From Candidatus Sumerlaea chitinivorans (GTDB lineage Bacteria > Sumerlaeota > Sumerlaeia > Sumerlaeales > Sumerlaeaceae): 64,000 nucleotides of DNA. A model generated the notes under the pieces. It ran no database searches, had not been told where the DNA came from, and worked only from the letters and a program-made list of their open reading frames with translations. Both the position numbers and the translations under genes were made by a program. Every line of letters starts with the position of its first letter. The first letter of the stretch is position 1. Below are positions 30,166-40,599 of this stretch, one piece after another. The stretch spans positions 2,180,572 to 2,244,571 of the forward strand of contig CP030759.1 in NCBI GenBank assembly GCA_003290465.1, in the 5' to 3' direction.

Positions 30166-31065
30166 GTGAGCGAACAATCGACAGAGAGAGCGGCGCCCGC
30201 CGTCAGCATTGTCTTGCCGGCGTACAACGAAGAAGAAGCTGTGGGCAAGGTGATTGCTGACGTCAAGCGCACCATGGACGCCACTGACTACTCCTATGAG
30301 ATTCTTGTGGTAGACGACTGCAGCACGGACCGCACGGCCCAAGTGGCCGAACAAGCAGGTGCGCGGGTGATCCGTCATTCCATAAACCGCGGCAGCGGGG
30401 CCGCCCGCCGAACGGGTATTCGTGCCGCCCGCGGCGAGATTATTGTCATGCTCGACGCCGATGGCACCTACGATGCCGCAAGTATCCCAAAGCTTCTCGA
30501 GTGGTTTCCCGAATACGATCAGGTGAACGGCGCACGCACGAGCGAGCAAGGCACGCTCAAACCCCTGCGTATCCTTGCAAAAGAGTTCATACGCCGACTT
30601 GCAGAGTACCTCGCCGGAACGCAAATCCCCGATCTCAACACCGGCCTCAAAGCTTTCAAGCGCTCCGTGATGCTGCGGTATCTCTGGGTGCTGCCCGACG
30701 GATTCTCCTGTGTCACGACGATGACGCTTGCCTTTCTCACCAACGGCTACCGCGTGAAGTACATTCCTACACCGTATTATCCGCGCATCGGGAAATCGAA
30801 ATTTCATCCGCTCACGGACACCGCCAACTACCTTGCGACCGTGGTGCGCATGATTACCTACTTTCGCCCCCTGCGCGTTTACGGCCCCCTCGCGGGCATA
30901 TTGCTGGGGACAGGAATTTTAAAAAGTGCCTACGACCTGCTTCGCCCCCAAAAACACTCTCTTGAAGAATCGGACATCATTCTCGTTGCAGCCGGCATCC
31001 TCATCGGCGCCATTGGTTTGCTCGCGGACCTGATTGTGGCTCAACGGAGGAATGATGCTGAATGA
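30166..31065 (+). CDS. GT2 glycosyltransferase (polyprenol-phosphate glycosyltransferase / DPM1-like)
   Basis: VLPAYNEE, VVDDCSTD, LDADGT, DLNTGLKAF, R.GKSK, two C-terminal TM helices. GTG 30166 is the likely start. Confidence 0.88.
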   Translation: MSEQSTERAAPAVSIVLPAYNEEEAVGKVIADVKRTMDATDYSYEILVVDDCSTDRTAQVAEQAGARVIRHSINRGSGAARRTGIRAARGEIIVMLDADGTYDAASIPKLLEWFPEYDQVNGARTSEQGTLKPLRILAKEFIRRLAEYLAGTQIPDLNTGLKAFKRSVMLRYLWVLPDGFSCVTTMTLAFLTNGYRVKYIPTPYYPRIGKSKFHPLTDTANYLATVVRMITYFRPLRVYGPLAGILLGTGILKSAYDLLRPQKHSLEESDIILVAAGILIGAIGLLADLIVAQRRNDAE

Positions 31066-32723
31066 GTAGTTCATCAGAAACTTTGCGTCGGCGCTACACG
31101 GACGAGGCTTTCACCTACCTGCCCCGCTTATTCCAAATGGTGGACCGCAACCGCTACAGCCCCACCTACGGCAGCTTCGACCGCTCCTATTGGCACTACC
31201 GCACGATGGACTTTCCTTGTGGGATGTACCAGGAGTTCACGTTGCCACTTGCGCTGGCCTATGCCCACCCGTTTCCGGACAATCCCTATTACGGCGTGGA
31301 GCGAGTCCGTGAGCTCGCTCTTGCAGGCGTGGATTTTGCACGGCGCAGCTCGCATCCCGACGGAACGTGCGACGACTATTTCCCCTTCGAGCGCGCCCTC
31401 GGTGCGATGGTCTTTTCGCTCTATGCGTGCACGGAAACAGTAATTGTCCTCGATGAAAAACGGCCCGAGTTTCTGGAGTTTTTCGAGCGGCGCGCACATT
31501 ACCTTGCCCACCACAACGAAACAGGTCAGCTTACAAATCACCAAGCACTTGCCGCCCTCGCTCTCTACAATGTTTACCTACTCACGGGCAACGAACAGTG
31601 GCGCAAAGCTTCGGACGCTTATCTTGACATCGTTCGCGCTTGGCAATCCGACGAGGGATGGTTCCAAGAATACGAGGGAGCCGATCCGGGCTACCATACC
31701 TGCACCATTGCGTTCCTCGCGAAGCTCTGGAAAAAAGCGCAGGACGAGCGCATCCTCGCGCTCCTGCATCCTGCCGTGGATTTCGCGTGGTACTTTATGC
31801 ATCACGACGGCAGCTACGCGGGAGAATACGGAAGCCGCAACACATACCATTTCTATCCCCACGGGTTCGAGGTGATGGCTCCCTTGAACCCAAGGGCGGC
31901 GCAAATCGCCGATCAGTTTCTGACCCACGCGCTTCCGCGTCGCACCCGCTACTTCAACGACGACGACCGGATGTGCGCCCACTACCTCTACGACTGGATG
32001 CAGGCTTACCTTGATTTTTCGCCGGTGCGCTCGAGCGAACCGCTCAATGCGCGCGCCCCATTCCAAAAGTACTTTCCCAAGGCACGGCTTTACGTGGAAT
32101 GCACACCCCAATACTACGCAGTGCTCAGCCTTGCGAAAGGCGGCGTGCTCAAGGTAACCACCGACCAAGGCCCGGCATACAGCGACACCGGACTCATCGG
32201 CGCCACTACCGACGGCAAAGTCCTCGTCTCGCATCTCGTGGACAACTACGAGGTCGAGGCGGACCTTGAAAATCATCGCTTCCGCGCGGCGGGGCGCCTG
32301 TGCCGACGACGAGCCAAACTGCCGACACCCTTCACCCAGATCCTCTTTCGCATTGTGAACCTTACCCTCGGGCGGTTTGCCCCGAATCTGCTGCGTGCGC
32401 TTCTTCAGAAAATTCTGATTACCGGGAAACCGCGCACCGACTACACCTTCGAGCGCTCTTTTGAGTTCGCTCCTGACCGGATTCGTATCCGCAATGTGGT
32501 GCGACGACCAGCGGGCGCTGCTGGTTTCACCTCAATCCACGTGGCAAGCGATGCGACCTCCATCTACGTTGCGAATAGCAATGTCTATCAGCGGAGCGTC
32601 CTGTTGCCATGGCGCGAGCTCCGGGCCCTCTGTGATCAAGTGAACCAGACAGGTGCCGGAGAGGAATGGATTGACGTCATGCCCAGCACCTCACCCATTG
32701 CCCAAGGGGAGAAACCGGCGTGA
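31062..32723 (+). CDS. Hypothetical protein, probable alpha/alpha-barrel sugar-modifying enzyme
   Basis: Translationally coupled on both sides (ATGA/GTGA overlaps); NHQ, EGWFQEYEGADPGY, GEYGSRNT motifs. Fold is inferred. Confidence 0.7.
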   Translation: MSSSSETLRRRYTDEAFTYLPRLFQMVDRNRYSPTYGSFDRSYWHYRTMDFPCGMYQEFTLPLALAYAHPFPDNPYYGVERVRELALAGVDFARRSSHPDGTCDDYFPFERALGAMVFSLYACTETVIVLDEKRPEFLEFFERRAHYLAHHNETGQLTNHQALAALALYNVYLLTGNEQWRKASDAYLDIVRAWQSDEGWFQEYEGADPGYHTCTIAFLAKLWKKAQDERILALLHPAVDFAWYFMHHDGSYAGEYGSRNTYHFYPHGFEVMAPLNPRAAQIADQFLTHALPRRTRYFNDDDRMCAHYLYDWMQAYLDFSPVRSSEPLNARAPFQKYFPKARLYVECTPQYYAVLSLAKGGVLKVTTDQGPAYSDTGLIGATTDGKVLVSHLVDNYEVEADLENHRFRAAGRLCRRRAKLPTPFTQILFRIVNLTLGRFAPNLLRALLQKILITGKPRTDYTFERSFEFAPDRIRIRNVVRRPAGAAGFTSIHVASDATSIYVANSNVYQRSVLLPWRELRALCDQVNQTGAGEEWIDVMPSTSPIAQGEKPA

Positions 32724-33715
32724 AACGTGCGATCTCGCTTGTCCTCACGGTCGCCATCTTAGCCTTACTCTTTTGGAAGGTGGATCGCGCTGCGCTTCTG
32801 GCCAACTTGCGCGCCACCCGCTGGACGTGGTTTAGCCTCGCGATCTTCATGTTCGTTCCGCAGATTTGGGCGATTGCATGGCGATGGCGCCGCATGGTCG
32901 GCGTCTTTACCCCGATTTCGTGGGGCGAAGCCGTCGGCCTCATTTTGGCGAGCAACACGATGAATCTCATCCTGCCATCGAAACTCGGCGACCTGACAAA
33001 AGGCTACTTTTTGGCGCGCACGGGAGCCCTCGATCTCAAACGCGCTATGAACGTCGTCGTTTTTGAAAAAATGCTCGACGTAGCCACGCTCGCACTGGTC
33101 ATGCTGGGTGGGGTTAGCGTGCTTTTCGCGAGTGGAGCTGCCATGCCTGTCCAGCGTGGGGCTGCCGTTGTCGCAGGCCTTGCTGGCCTTGCAGCCGTGA
33201 GCGCCGTAGCGATCCTCTATTTCATTCCGCCCAGCGCTCTGCCCGGCTTTCACCGTCTTCTGACGTGGCTGAATGCGCGACCGCGATTTCGCAAAATCCA
33301 CAGCCTCCTCGAAGCGAGCCACGAAACAATTTCGCTGCTCCAAAGTCGCGGGGCTCGGCGAGGCCTCATCTGCGCGCTTTCTCTCCTGATATGGTTCTTC
33401 CACCTCGTGCAGATTTATTTCTTCTTTCTCAGCCTCAATGCGCAGCCGTTGCCCGTATTCCAGTTTGCTACCCTTGTTCCGCTTGCGATTTTCATCGGGC
33501 TCGTCCCCCTGACGGTGGCGGGTTTTGGCACGCGCGACGGCGCTCTAATCAGTTTCTTCCCACAGTTTCCCCCCAGCCTGATGCTCGGCGTCGCTCTCTA
33601 CGTGAACTTACGCTACATTGTCCCAGCGATCGCCGGTCTGCCTTATCTCAACCGATATCTCACTGCGGCACGGGCGCTACGCGCAGGTTCTCCGGGTGAG
33701 TCTGACTCGAAGTAG
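32720..33715 (+). CDS. Lysylphosphatidylglycerol-synthase-TM / flippase-like membrane protein
   Basis: AWRW, NLILPSKLGDLTK, EKMLD, P.TVAGFGTRD signatures of the UPF0104/LPG_synthase_TM family. Confidence 0.85.
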   Translation: MKRAISLVLTVAILALLFWKVDRAALLANLRATRWTWFSLAIFMFVPQIWAIAWRWRRMVGVFTPISWGEAVGLILASNTMNLILPSKLGDLTKGYFLARTGALDLKRAMNVVVFEKMLDVATLALVMLGGVSVLFASGAAMPVQRGAAVVAGLAGLAAVSAVAILYFIPPSALPGFHRLLTWLNARPRFRKIHSLLEASHETISLLQSRGARRGLICALSLLIWFFHLVQIYFFFLSLNAQPLPVFQFATLVPLAIFIGLVPLTVAGFGTRDGALISFFPQFPPSLMLGVALYVNLRYIVPAIAGLPYLNRYLTAARALRAGSPGESDSK

Positions 33716-33719
33716 CTCG

Positions 33720-35408
33720 ATGCAACCACCGAAAACAAAAGGGCAAACATTTGCATTTGCGAATTCCGCGAGACAAGTTCCCCCTGAAGCACGCAGGACT
33801 TCGACCGTGAACCGACTCACACGTGCAGAAATTTGTCTGTTCGCTCTGCTTTGGGCGACCTTTGCCTATTTCCAGCACCGCGAGGCCGGCTGGAACGTGA
33901 ACTCGCGTCTTGCCCTGACCTACGCGATCGTGGAGCGTCAGACCCTCCGCATTGACGATTACTGGAACACGCCGGGCTACGAAACTCACGACGTTGCAGT
34001 TTTCAACGGGCACTTTTATTCTGATAAGAGCATCGGCACGAGCTTGCTTGGTATCCCTGCCTTCGCCGTGGTGCACGCGATCGAGCTCGTGCGCGGGGCG
34101 GCCTTCTCTCCATTCACACGACGGCATCTCGTCACCCTTTTCTCGACGGCGCTACTCACCGCTGCGGCTGGTGTGCTCTTTCTTCGCCTCGCGCGGCGAT
34201 ATGTGGGCGGCACCTGTGGGAATTCTTCAAACTATCCCATCCTCCTCACCGTTGGAACCTTCGCCGGTACGATGCTCGCCCTGTACGCCAATCTCTTCAT
34301 GTCCTATGGGCCAGCGACCTTCTTCCTGCTTGCAGCATTACTCCTCATCGAGCGGACACGACGCGCCGAGCCTGCGCTCACAAGCAGGAACAACGAAACG
34401 GGGGCAGGGCTCTCCGCATCCCACGCCGCTCCCCCAAACACTTCCCCAGCGCCACCTGAGCCCGAGATTTCTGGGGCCTCTGAGCTCTCCTTGCCCACCC
34501 CGCATCGCGCTCGCACCAGCCTCTCGATTGGCTATTTACTGGGGTGGGCCATCCTGTGCGAGTATCTGGTTGGGTGGGCGGCCGTGCTCTTGACCTTCTA
34601 CTATTGGAGATCCGTACGCTGCAGCCTATCGCATCTCGCGTGGCTTGCGCTGGGCGGCGTGTTGGCGCTCGCCCCCTTCTTCCTGTACACACTTTCAATC
34701 TTTGGCCGCTTCGCTATTCCATACGAATATGAAATGGAGCCCATGTTTCGGGAGGCGATGGCGCGCGGTCTCATGGGCGCCACGTGGCCACGCCTCGATG
34801 TCCTCCTCCTCATCACGTTTCATCCGTACCGAGGACTGTTTGTGCAGTCCCCCCACCTGCTCCTTGGGGTCGTAGGCCTTGCTTGCTGGTGGCGGTGGGG
34901 AGCGCGCCTTCGCGCTGCCACCTGCGCCGCCATCGTGGTTGGCTATCTGCTCTACAATAGTGGCTACTATATGTGGTGGGGAGGCTGGAGTTTCGCCCCG
35001 CGCCATTTGGCGTTTGCTGTGCCCTTTTTGGGTCTTGCGTGCGCTCCGCTCGCGCTTTGGCGCCTTGGACGCGCCGTTGTGCTCGTGGCCGCATCATGGG
35101 GCATTCTGGTGCACACGCTTGTGAATGCCGTGGAACCTCAGTTCCCCGATCGCTGCTTTGGACTTCTCTCACTCAACCAACTTCTTTCGCCAGACCTCGC
35201 ACAGGTGGAATATCCGTGGATTTTTGGGCGCTACATTTGGAGGCTCTTCTGGCAAGGCCACCTCGAACCCAACCTCGGATCGCTGGTGGGCCTTCAAGGA
35301 CCCGCTTCGCTTCTCCCACTCATGCTTTTTTGGGCCGCGATGCTGGCGGTCACCCTAACGCTGGCACGAGGAACCGCTCTTACTTCTTCCCAACCGGTAA
35401 AACAATAA
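33720..35408 (+). CDS. Multi-TM protein, GT-C-like
   Basis: WNVNSRLALT, D.A..GHFYSDK, RGLF..SP, WWGGWSFAPRHL; more than 10 hydrophobic segments. Confidence 0.7.
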   Translation: MQPPKTKGQTFAFANSARQVPPEARRTSTVNRLTRAEICLFALLWATFAYFQHREAGWNVNSRLALTYAIVERQTLRIDDYWNTPGYETHDVAVFNGHFYSDKSIGTSLLGIPAFAVVHAIELVRGAAFSPFTRRHLVTLFSTALLTAAAGVLFLRLARRYVGGTCGNSSNYPILLTVGTFAGTMLALYANLFMSYGPATFFLLAALLLIERTRRAEPALTSRNNETGAGLSASHAAPPNTSPAPPEPEISGASELSLPTPHRARTSLSIGYLLGWAILCEYLVGWAAVLLTFYYWRSVRCSLSHLAWLALGGVLALAPFFLYTLSIFGRFAIPYEYEMEPMFREAMARGLMGATWPRLDVLLLITFHPYRGLFVQSPHLLLGVVGLACWWRWGARLRAATCAAIVVGYLLYNSGYYMWWGGWSFAPRHLAFAVPFLGLACAPLALWRLGRAVVLVAASWGILVHTLVNAVEPQFPDRCFGLLSLNQLLSPDLAQVEYPWIFGRYIWRLFWQGHLEPNLGSLVGLQGPASLLPLMLFWAAMLAVTLTLARGTALTSSQPVKQ

Positions 35409-37161
35409 CGTCACGGATCGCTGCGCCCACCGGTGCTGGCGAAGCATAAGGATAATACACGCGGCTTACCCGAAGTTCTAAAAGGTTCAGCCCTTCTTTT
35501 GTGAGCTTCGCCGGCACATCGAACCACGGCGCCTGCGCAAAAGTAAAATCTTTCGCCAGAATCACAATCTCACCGAATTTCGTCCCGTTGAGATATAAGC
35601 CCACCGTTGTGGGTTCGTACGGAAAATACTCGGAAGTGACTTCGACGCGGAGCCGAAGCGCGCTCGGCGCCGACAGGTTGAAAGCGATCCCAGCACGCGG
35701 CGGCATCGCCCAATTGCCATGCGGTTCCTGATACACAAACCCGTAGCGGAGAAACGGCGAAGTCGGGTCGTCTTTGAGCCGTATCACCCCGTTGGGCGGC
35801 AGGTTCACTGCGCTACTGACAGCAAGCGGTTCGCGCGTCGAAGCCCCGTACGTCAGGCAATGCAGGATCTGAGATTTTCGCCAGTTCCACGCGTTGGTTT
35901 CGCGAGTCATGCCCATGAGGATATTCCACGACTCATAATCGCGCGCCACCCCCAACCACTGAATGAAAGCGCTGAGGCCAAAGAGCGCAATGGGCAGCAC
36001 CGCGCGCCGCCAATTGGCGAGCAGGAAGTCGAAGAGCGGCGCAGCCCCCAGCAAGAGCAGGGCCGCGACGTCCAACATGTAGCGCGACCCGTAACAGTGG
36101 CCTCCAAACCAGCCGTAAAAAAAGCCGCGCATCAGAATGCCGACAAGCGCCGCGAGTGCCAGCGCCGCACGCCAGCGCTCCGTACGCCAATGAGCCAGAT
36201 TGCGCGGCAAGGCCACCATCGCAAGCAACAGGATGGGGGAGAACACAAACATGCCACGATTGGGCGAGAAGAGCGTCCCGAATAGGCGGCGCGGATACGC
36301 CGACCACGTCTCGGGGCCTAACGCTCGAAGCGACACGTACGTGCCAAGCGGTTTACCGCTTGTCGCCATATTGAAGGCCACCCATGCGCCTACCGCCAAT
36401 AGCGCTGCAGCTCCACCGAGGAGAAGTTCCCGTCGCGTGCGGATGAGGGCACCAACCGCGATCACGGCGATCACGGGCGCCAATGCTGGCCGACACCAAA
36501 ACGTGTAGGCCAAGAGCAGTCCCCCAAAAAGGAATGCCACAGGATGCCGACGTTCGCGATCCAGTAGACAGAGAGCAGCCAACATGGAAAACTGCGCGCC
36601 CGTGTGCTGCCACAAGCACCGGCTTGCCGTGCTCCACGAAGCCGTCGCAAGCGCAAGAGTGAAGCCAAGAAATAGGGCGGTCCTTCGCCGATATCGCCGG
36701 GCAAGAAACGACAGCATGGCCGCGCTTGCCGCAGTGAGAACGCTCGCCGCAAGCGAATCCAAGAAAACCACGTTCTCATCCGTCAGCTCCATGCCAAGCT
36801 GGCGAGCAATCCAGAAAAAGGGAGCACCGAGCAACGCCGCCCCCACCGGCGTATGCGCCCGCACCTTGCCGTCGGGCATGACCCGGAAACTGTAGAAGCG
36901 ATCGAGCCCAATGTTGAGCTCTGTAAAGTCGAGCGTTCCGCGCGTTGCCAGCAGGGCAGCACCAAACCGCAGCGGCTGATTATCCATGCTGCTTTGAATG
37001 AGCGGCTTATAGAGGTAAATCAGGAAGCACGCCACTCCCACCAGCAACGGGACCGGCGCGCGACGCAGCCACGCCCATGCCGCAGTGCATTGTTGCACTA
37101 AGCGTGCAACGAATGCTCCGAAACTTCTCGCGAAATCCGTCAAACGACTCAGCTTCGGCAT
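35380..37161 (-). CDS. Multi-TM GT-C-like protein with C-terminal beta-sandwich domain
   Basis: LWQH, FSPNRGMFVFSP, WFGGHCYGSRY; similar motif layout to the convergent neighbour. Confidence 0.7.
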   Translation of the reverse strand: MPKLSRLTDFARSFGAFVARLVQQCTAAWAWLRRAPVPLLVGVACFLIYLYKPLIQSSMDNQPLRFGAALLATRGTLDFTELNIGLDRFYSFRVMPDGKVRAHTPVGAALLGAPFFWIARQLGMELTDENVVFLDSLAASVLTAASAAMLSFLARRYRRRTALFLGFTLALATASWSTASRCLWQHTGAQFSMLAALCLLDRERRHPVAFLFGGLLLAYTFWCRPALAPVIAVIAVGALIRTRRELLLGGAAALLAVGAWVAFNMATSGKPLGTYVSLRALGPETWSAYPRRLFGTLFSPNRGMFVFSPILLLAMVALPRNLAHWRTERWRAALALAALVGILMRGFFYGWFGGHCYGSRYMLDVAALLLLGAAPLFDFLLANWRRAVLPIALFGLSAFIQWLGVARDYESWNILMGMTRETNAWNWRKSQILHCLTYGASTREPLAVSSAVNLPPNGVIRLKDDPTSPFLRYGFVYQEPHGNWAMPPRAGIAFNLSAPSALRLRVEVTSEYFPYEPTTVGLYLNGTKFGEIVILAKDFTFAQAPWFDVPAKLTKEGLNLLELRVSRVYYPYASPAPVGAAIRDVIVLPVGKK

Positions 37162-37330
37162 GTGCTGAAGTCACTGAAACGAAGCCATTTCGTCCACTGG
37201 ATTTTGCAGCGAGCGTGCCTTTGCCACTTCGGCGGTCAGTCAGCGCGTTATTCCTGGTTGCCTGCGCCCCGCACACGTTGCGCGCGATCTCTGGAAACAG
37301 AACACATGAAGTGCGGTAATCACTTGGTAA

Positions 37331-37837
37331 ATGACGAAACCAAGCACATTCACGAATCGCGCGGCGCTTGTGCTTCTTTCCCACGGCTCGCTACTATGCG
37401 GAGCAGGGCAAGCACTCGACGAGCATGTCGGGCGATTGCGCAAAATGGGTGAGTGGCTTTGCGTGGAAGCCGGATTCCTGAACTATACCTCACCACACTT
37501 TCTTGAGGCGGTCCGACGTTGCGTCGAGCGCGGGGCCAAAATGATCGTCGTCCAGCCGTACTTCCTCGTCGCGGGCAAGTTTGTCACCGAAGACTTGCCG
37601 GAGCAGATCGCTCAGGCACGCGCGGAGTTTCCCGATCTCGAGTTTGTGATCGGAGAGCCAATCGGTTTTGATGCTATGCTTGCCGACGCGATCCTCGAGC
37701 TGGCGGCTCAACCCCGTCCGCCTCAGCAGTGGCGCGACGACCTCCTGCGCGCTCCGGACTACTGCACCCGGAATCCAGAGTGCCCCCTCTACGGCACCGA
37801 GCACTGTCCCGTCTCTCTCGCAGGAGGTCAGCGATGA
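37331..37837 (+). CDS. CbiX/SirB-family chelatase domain with Cys-rich tail
   Basis: LLSHGS, GFL, VQPYFLVAGK...DLP; tail CTRNPECPLYGTEHC. Confidence 0.8.
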   Translation: MTKPSTFTNRAALVLLSHGSLLCGAGQALDEHVGRLRKMGEWLCVEAGFLNYTSPHFLEAVRRCVERGAKMIVVQPYFLVAGKFVTEDLPEQIAQARAEFPDLEFVIGEPIGFDAMLADAILELAAQPRPPQQWRDDLLRAPDYCTRNPECPLYGTEHCPVSLAGGQR

Positions 37838-38223
37838 AGCGTGCGCTTCTCCTTATGGTGCACGGTAGCCCGCGCCCGCAGTCCAACGATGTAGTGTTTC
37901 GCGTGGCGGAAGAGATTCGCGCGCGTCACATCTTTGATATCGTCACCGTGGGCTTTATGGAGTGCAACGAGCCCGACATTCCCACTGCGGTACGCGATTG
38001 CGTGGCTCAGGGTGCGCGGCAAATCATCGCCGTGCCATACTTTCTCCACACGGGCCGCCACGTAGCCGAGGACCTTCCAAGCATTCTGGAACAAGCCCGC
38101 GGCGACTATCCCGACATACGAATTTTAATGACGACCTATCTGGGGCGTTCCCAGACTCTCACGTCGTTGCTTGCCCGCCGCGCGAAAGAGGCGCTGGCGC
38201 AGCCGGCCCGCGATTGCAGTTGA
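37834..38223 (+). CDS. Short CbiX (CbiXS)/SirB-family chelatase
   Basis: ATG 37834 after AGGAGG; MVHGSPR, GFMECNEP, VPYFLHTGRHVAEDLP. Confidence 0.85.
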   Translation: MKRALLLMVHGSPRPQSNDVVFRVAEEIRARHIFDIVTVGFMECNEPDIPTAVRDCVAQGARQIIAVPYFLHTGRHVAEDLPSILEQARGDYPDIRILMTTYLGRSQTLTSLLARRAKEALAQPARDCS

Positions 38224-38299
38224 ATTCCCAAGCCCCTCAAATGTGAATGAAGGTTGATAGCGTGACTCGAGCACGCACGCGAAGAGAGGGAGTTGACCG

Positions 38300-39526
38300 T
38301 TGCTACAGAAGTTCCGAGTTCCCGCGCTGATTGTTGCTTTTATTCTTGTGTTCGTTGCAGGCATCTTTTTTGCCCGCAATCTGCCTTCCGTTCCCGTATT
38401 AGCGAAATCCGCGGTGCCGAAGACCGAGCCGATTGCGAGTGAATCCCCAGCCGCGCCTCCGTCGCCCAAAGGCGTTGGAGCCACCCGCGATTTGTCGTCC
38501 ATTGTTCAGGCTTACGCAAAACGCGAAGAGTCAGCTAAAGCTGGGCCCGCAAGCGCAGCAGGAAGCGTTGAGAGCGCTCAAGGCTCCACAAGCGGCAGCA
38601 CCGTCGCGCGCCCCGCGCCCGTCCGCACCCCGCCCCCCGACCTTAAGCTCATTCGCCAATGGCCAACGGGGCGCAAGTGGGTTGCTCTGACCTTTGACGA
38701 TGGCCCCCATCCTCAGTACACGGAGCAATTTCTCGACTTACTCAAACGCAAGAACGTGCGAGCGACCTTTTTCCTGTTGGGGCCGAACGTGAAATCGCGC
38801 CCGGACCTCGTGCAAAAGATTGTCTCAGAGGGTCACGAAGTGGGGAACCACAGTTGGTCGCACCCGACGCTGAGTAAGCTCTCCCCAGAGAAAATTCGGG
38901 CTGAGATCGAGAACACCAACGAGCAAATCCGCGAGGCTGCGGGAGTGACTGTTCACCTGATGCGCCCGCCCTACGGCAGCGCAAACAAGAAGGTCCAAGA
39001 CGTCTGCGACCTGCTCGGGATGCGCATCATCTGCTGGAGCGTGGATACTGACGACTGGCGCAAGACTACCACGCAGGAGAAGATGTTCGACATCGTGAAG
39101 AAAAATACAAGCGACGGCGCCATCATCCTTATGCACGATCGCTTCGAGAAGTCGCTCAAGACCACGGAGCAAACCATCGACTATCTCCGCTCGCAGGGCT
39201 ACGAGTTTGTTACGGTAAGCGAACTTCTGGGGCTGGAGCCACCCAAAGCGCCCTCCGCAAGTGCGGTAGCGGCAGCGACAACCCCGCAGGCCGATTCCCC
39301 TCAGAGGGCAATGGCGGCTGCAACACCCGTCGAGGCCGCCCCAACGCAAACTCCGGTCACAAATGCTGGGTCCAATTCGGCGGCATCCGTTGCGACAGCT
39401 GTCAGTGCTCCAACGGAGGGGAACGCTGCTCCAACAGTCCCAGTGCCCATCGGCCAGCCCAACGATCCGCTCCCACCCGTCAGCCCGGAGAAAATCACGA
39501 CGATCCCGAGAGCCTCGGGTAGGTAA
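38300..39526 (+). CDS. Membrane-anchored CE4 (NodB) polysaccharide/peptidoglycan deacetylase
   Basis: N-terminal TM; TFDDGP, NHSWSHP, RPPYG, DTDDW, ILMHD; Ala/Pro/Thr-rich flanks. Confidence 0.9.
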   Translation: MLQKFRVPALIVAFILVFVAGIFFARNLPSVPVLAKSAVPKTEPIASESPAAPPSPKGVGATRDLSSIVQAYAKREESAKAGPASAAGSVESAQGSTSGSTVARPAPVRTPPPDLKLIRQWPTGRKWVALTFDDGPHPQYTEQFLDLLKRKNVRATFFLLGPNVKSRPDLVQKIVSEGHEVGNHSWSHPTLSKLSPEKIRAEIENTNEQIREAAGVTVHLMRPPYGSANKKVQDVCDLLGMRIICWSVDTDDWRKTTTQEKMFDIVKKNTSDGAIILMHDRFEKSLKTTEQTIDYLRSQGYEFVTVSELLGLEPPKAPSASAVAAATTPQADSPQRAMAAATPVEAAPTQTPVTNAGSNSAASVATAVSAPTEGNAAPTVPVPIGQPNDPLPPVSPEKITTIPRASGR

Positions 39527-39539
39527 CCGCTGAGACCCC

Positions 39540-40466
39540 ATGCCCGACGAGAAGCCACAAACGCACTCTGACTTGGGGAATTCTCAGGCAGGCACACCTG
39601 CAGCGAGCATTGTGATTCTGAGCTACAACAGCGCCTCCTACCTTGGCCCCTGCTTGCATTCCGTGGCACGACTGGCGCCGCCTCCCGCTGAAGTCATTGT
39701 CGTGGATAATGCCTCACGCGACGATTCGGTGAAGGTTGCGCAGAACGTGGCCGCAGAGCTCGGCCTCGAGATTTGCACGATTCCCCTCGCCGGCAACTTG
39801 GGATGTGCAGGCGGCAACAACGTCGGCTGGCGGGCCACCCGCGGCGACATCGTAATTTTTCTGAATCCCGACACTGAGGTCTCGCCGTCCTTTGTCGGCG
39901 AAGTTGCAGCTGCGTTCGCTACGGACGAGCGCATCGGCATCGTGGGAGCCAAAATCTATTACCCGAATTCAAACCGCCTCCAGCATGCGGGAGCCATCAT
40001 TCATCCCAACGGCCAAACCGACCACTTCGGTGCCGGCGAGACGGACAACGGCCAATTCGATGAGCCGCGCGAGTGCGATTACGTCACGGGCGCGGGATTT
40101 GCCGTTCGTCGCCAAGTTCTCACTGAGCTGGGCGGCTTTGACGAAGACTTCTACCCTGCCTATTTCGAGGAAGTGGATTTTTGCACACGTGCGCGCAAGC
40201 GCGGTTGGCGCGTGCTGTACTGGCCACGCGCCACCATGGTCCACCACGAGAGCGTCTCGCTCGGCGTGGCCTCGGAGCGCTTCCTGCGACTCTACCACCG
40301 CATGCGAATGCGCTACTGCGCGAAACACTTCACGTGGAAGCAGTGGGTGCGCGAGTTTCTTCCCCGCGAGCGCGTTGCATGGCGGCTCGGTTCAGCCATC
40401 GACCGGCGCGCCATGCGCGCCGCCTACTTGGATCTGGTGCGCTGGCGCCTGACGCGCCGACGATGA
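39540..40466 (+). CDS. GT2 glycosyltransferase
   Basis: VVDNASRD, GGNNVG, FLNPD, YVTGA, GGFDEDF..YFEEVDFC.R. Confidence 0.9.
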   Translation: MPDEKPQTHSDLGNSQAGTPAASIVILSYNSASYLGPCLHSVARLAPPPAEVIVVDNASRDDSVKVAQNVAAELGLEICTIPLAGNLGCAGGNNVGWRATRGDIVIFLNPDTEVSPSFVGEVAAAFATDERIGIVGAKIYYPNSNRLQHAGAIIHPNGQTDHFGAGETDNGQFDEPRECDYVTGAGFAVRRQVLTELGGFDEDFYPAYFEEVDFCTRARKRGWRVLYWPRATMVHHESVSLGVASERFLRLYHRMRMRYCAKHFTWKQWVREFLPRERVAWRLGSAIDRRAMRAAYLDLVRWRLTRRR

Positions 40467-40599
40467 CCCCTTCCGCGATTCAAAAGCGTTTTCCGTTTGC
40501 ATCTCCCACTCGCCGGGGACATGCATATCGCTGTTTTGCAGTGCTCGCGCACGAAAAACGTGGGTAAGGACTTCTGTGAGGAAAGGATGAGCGCCATCA

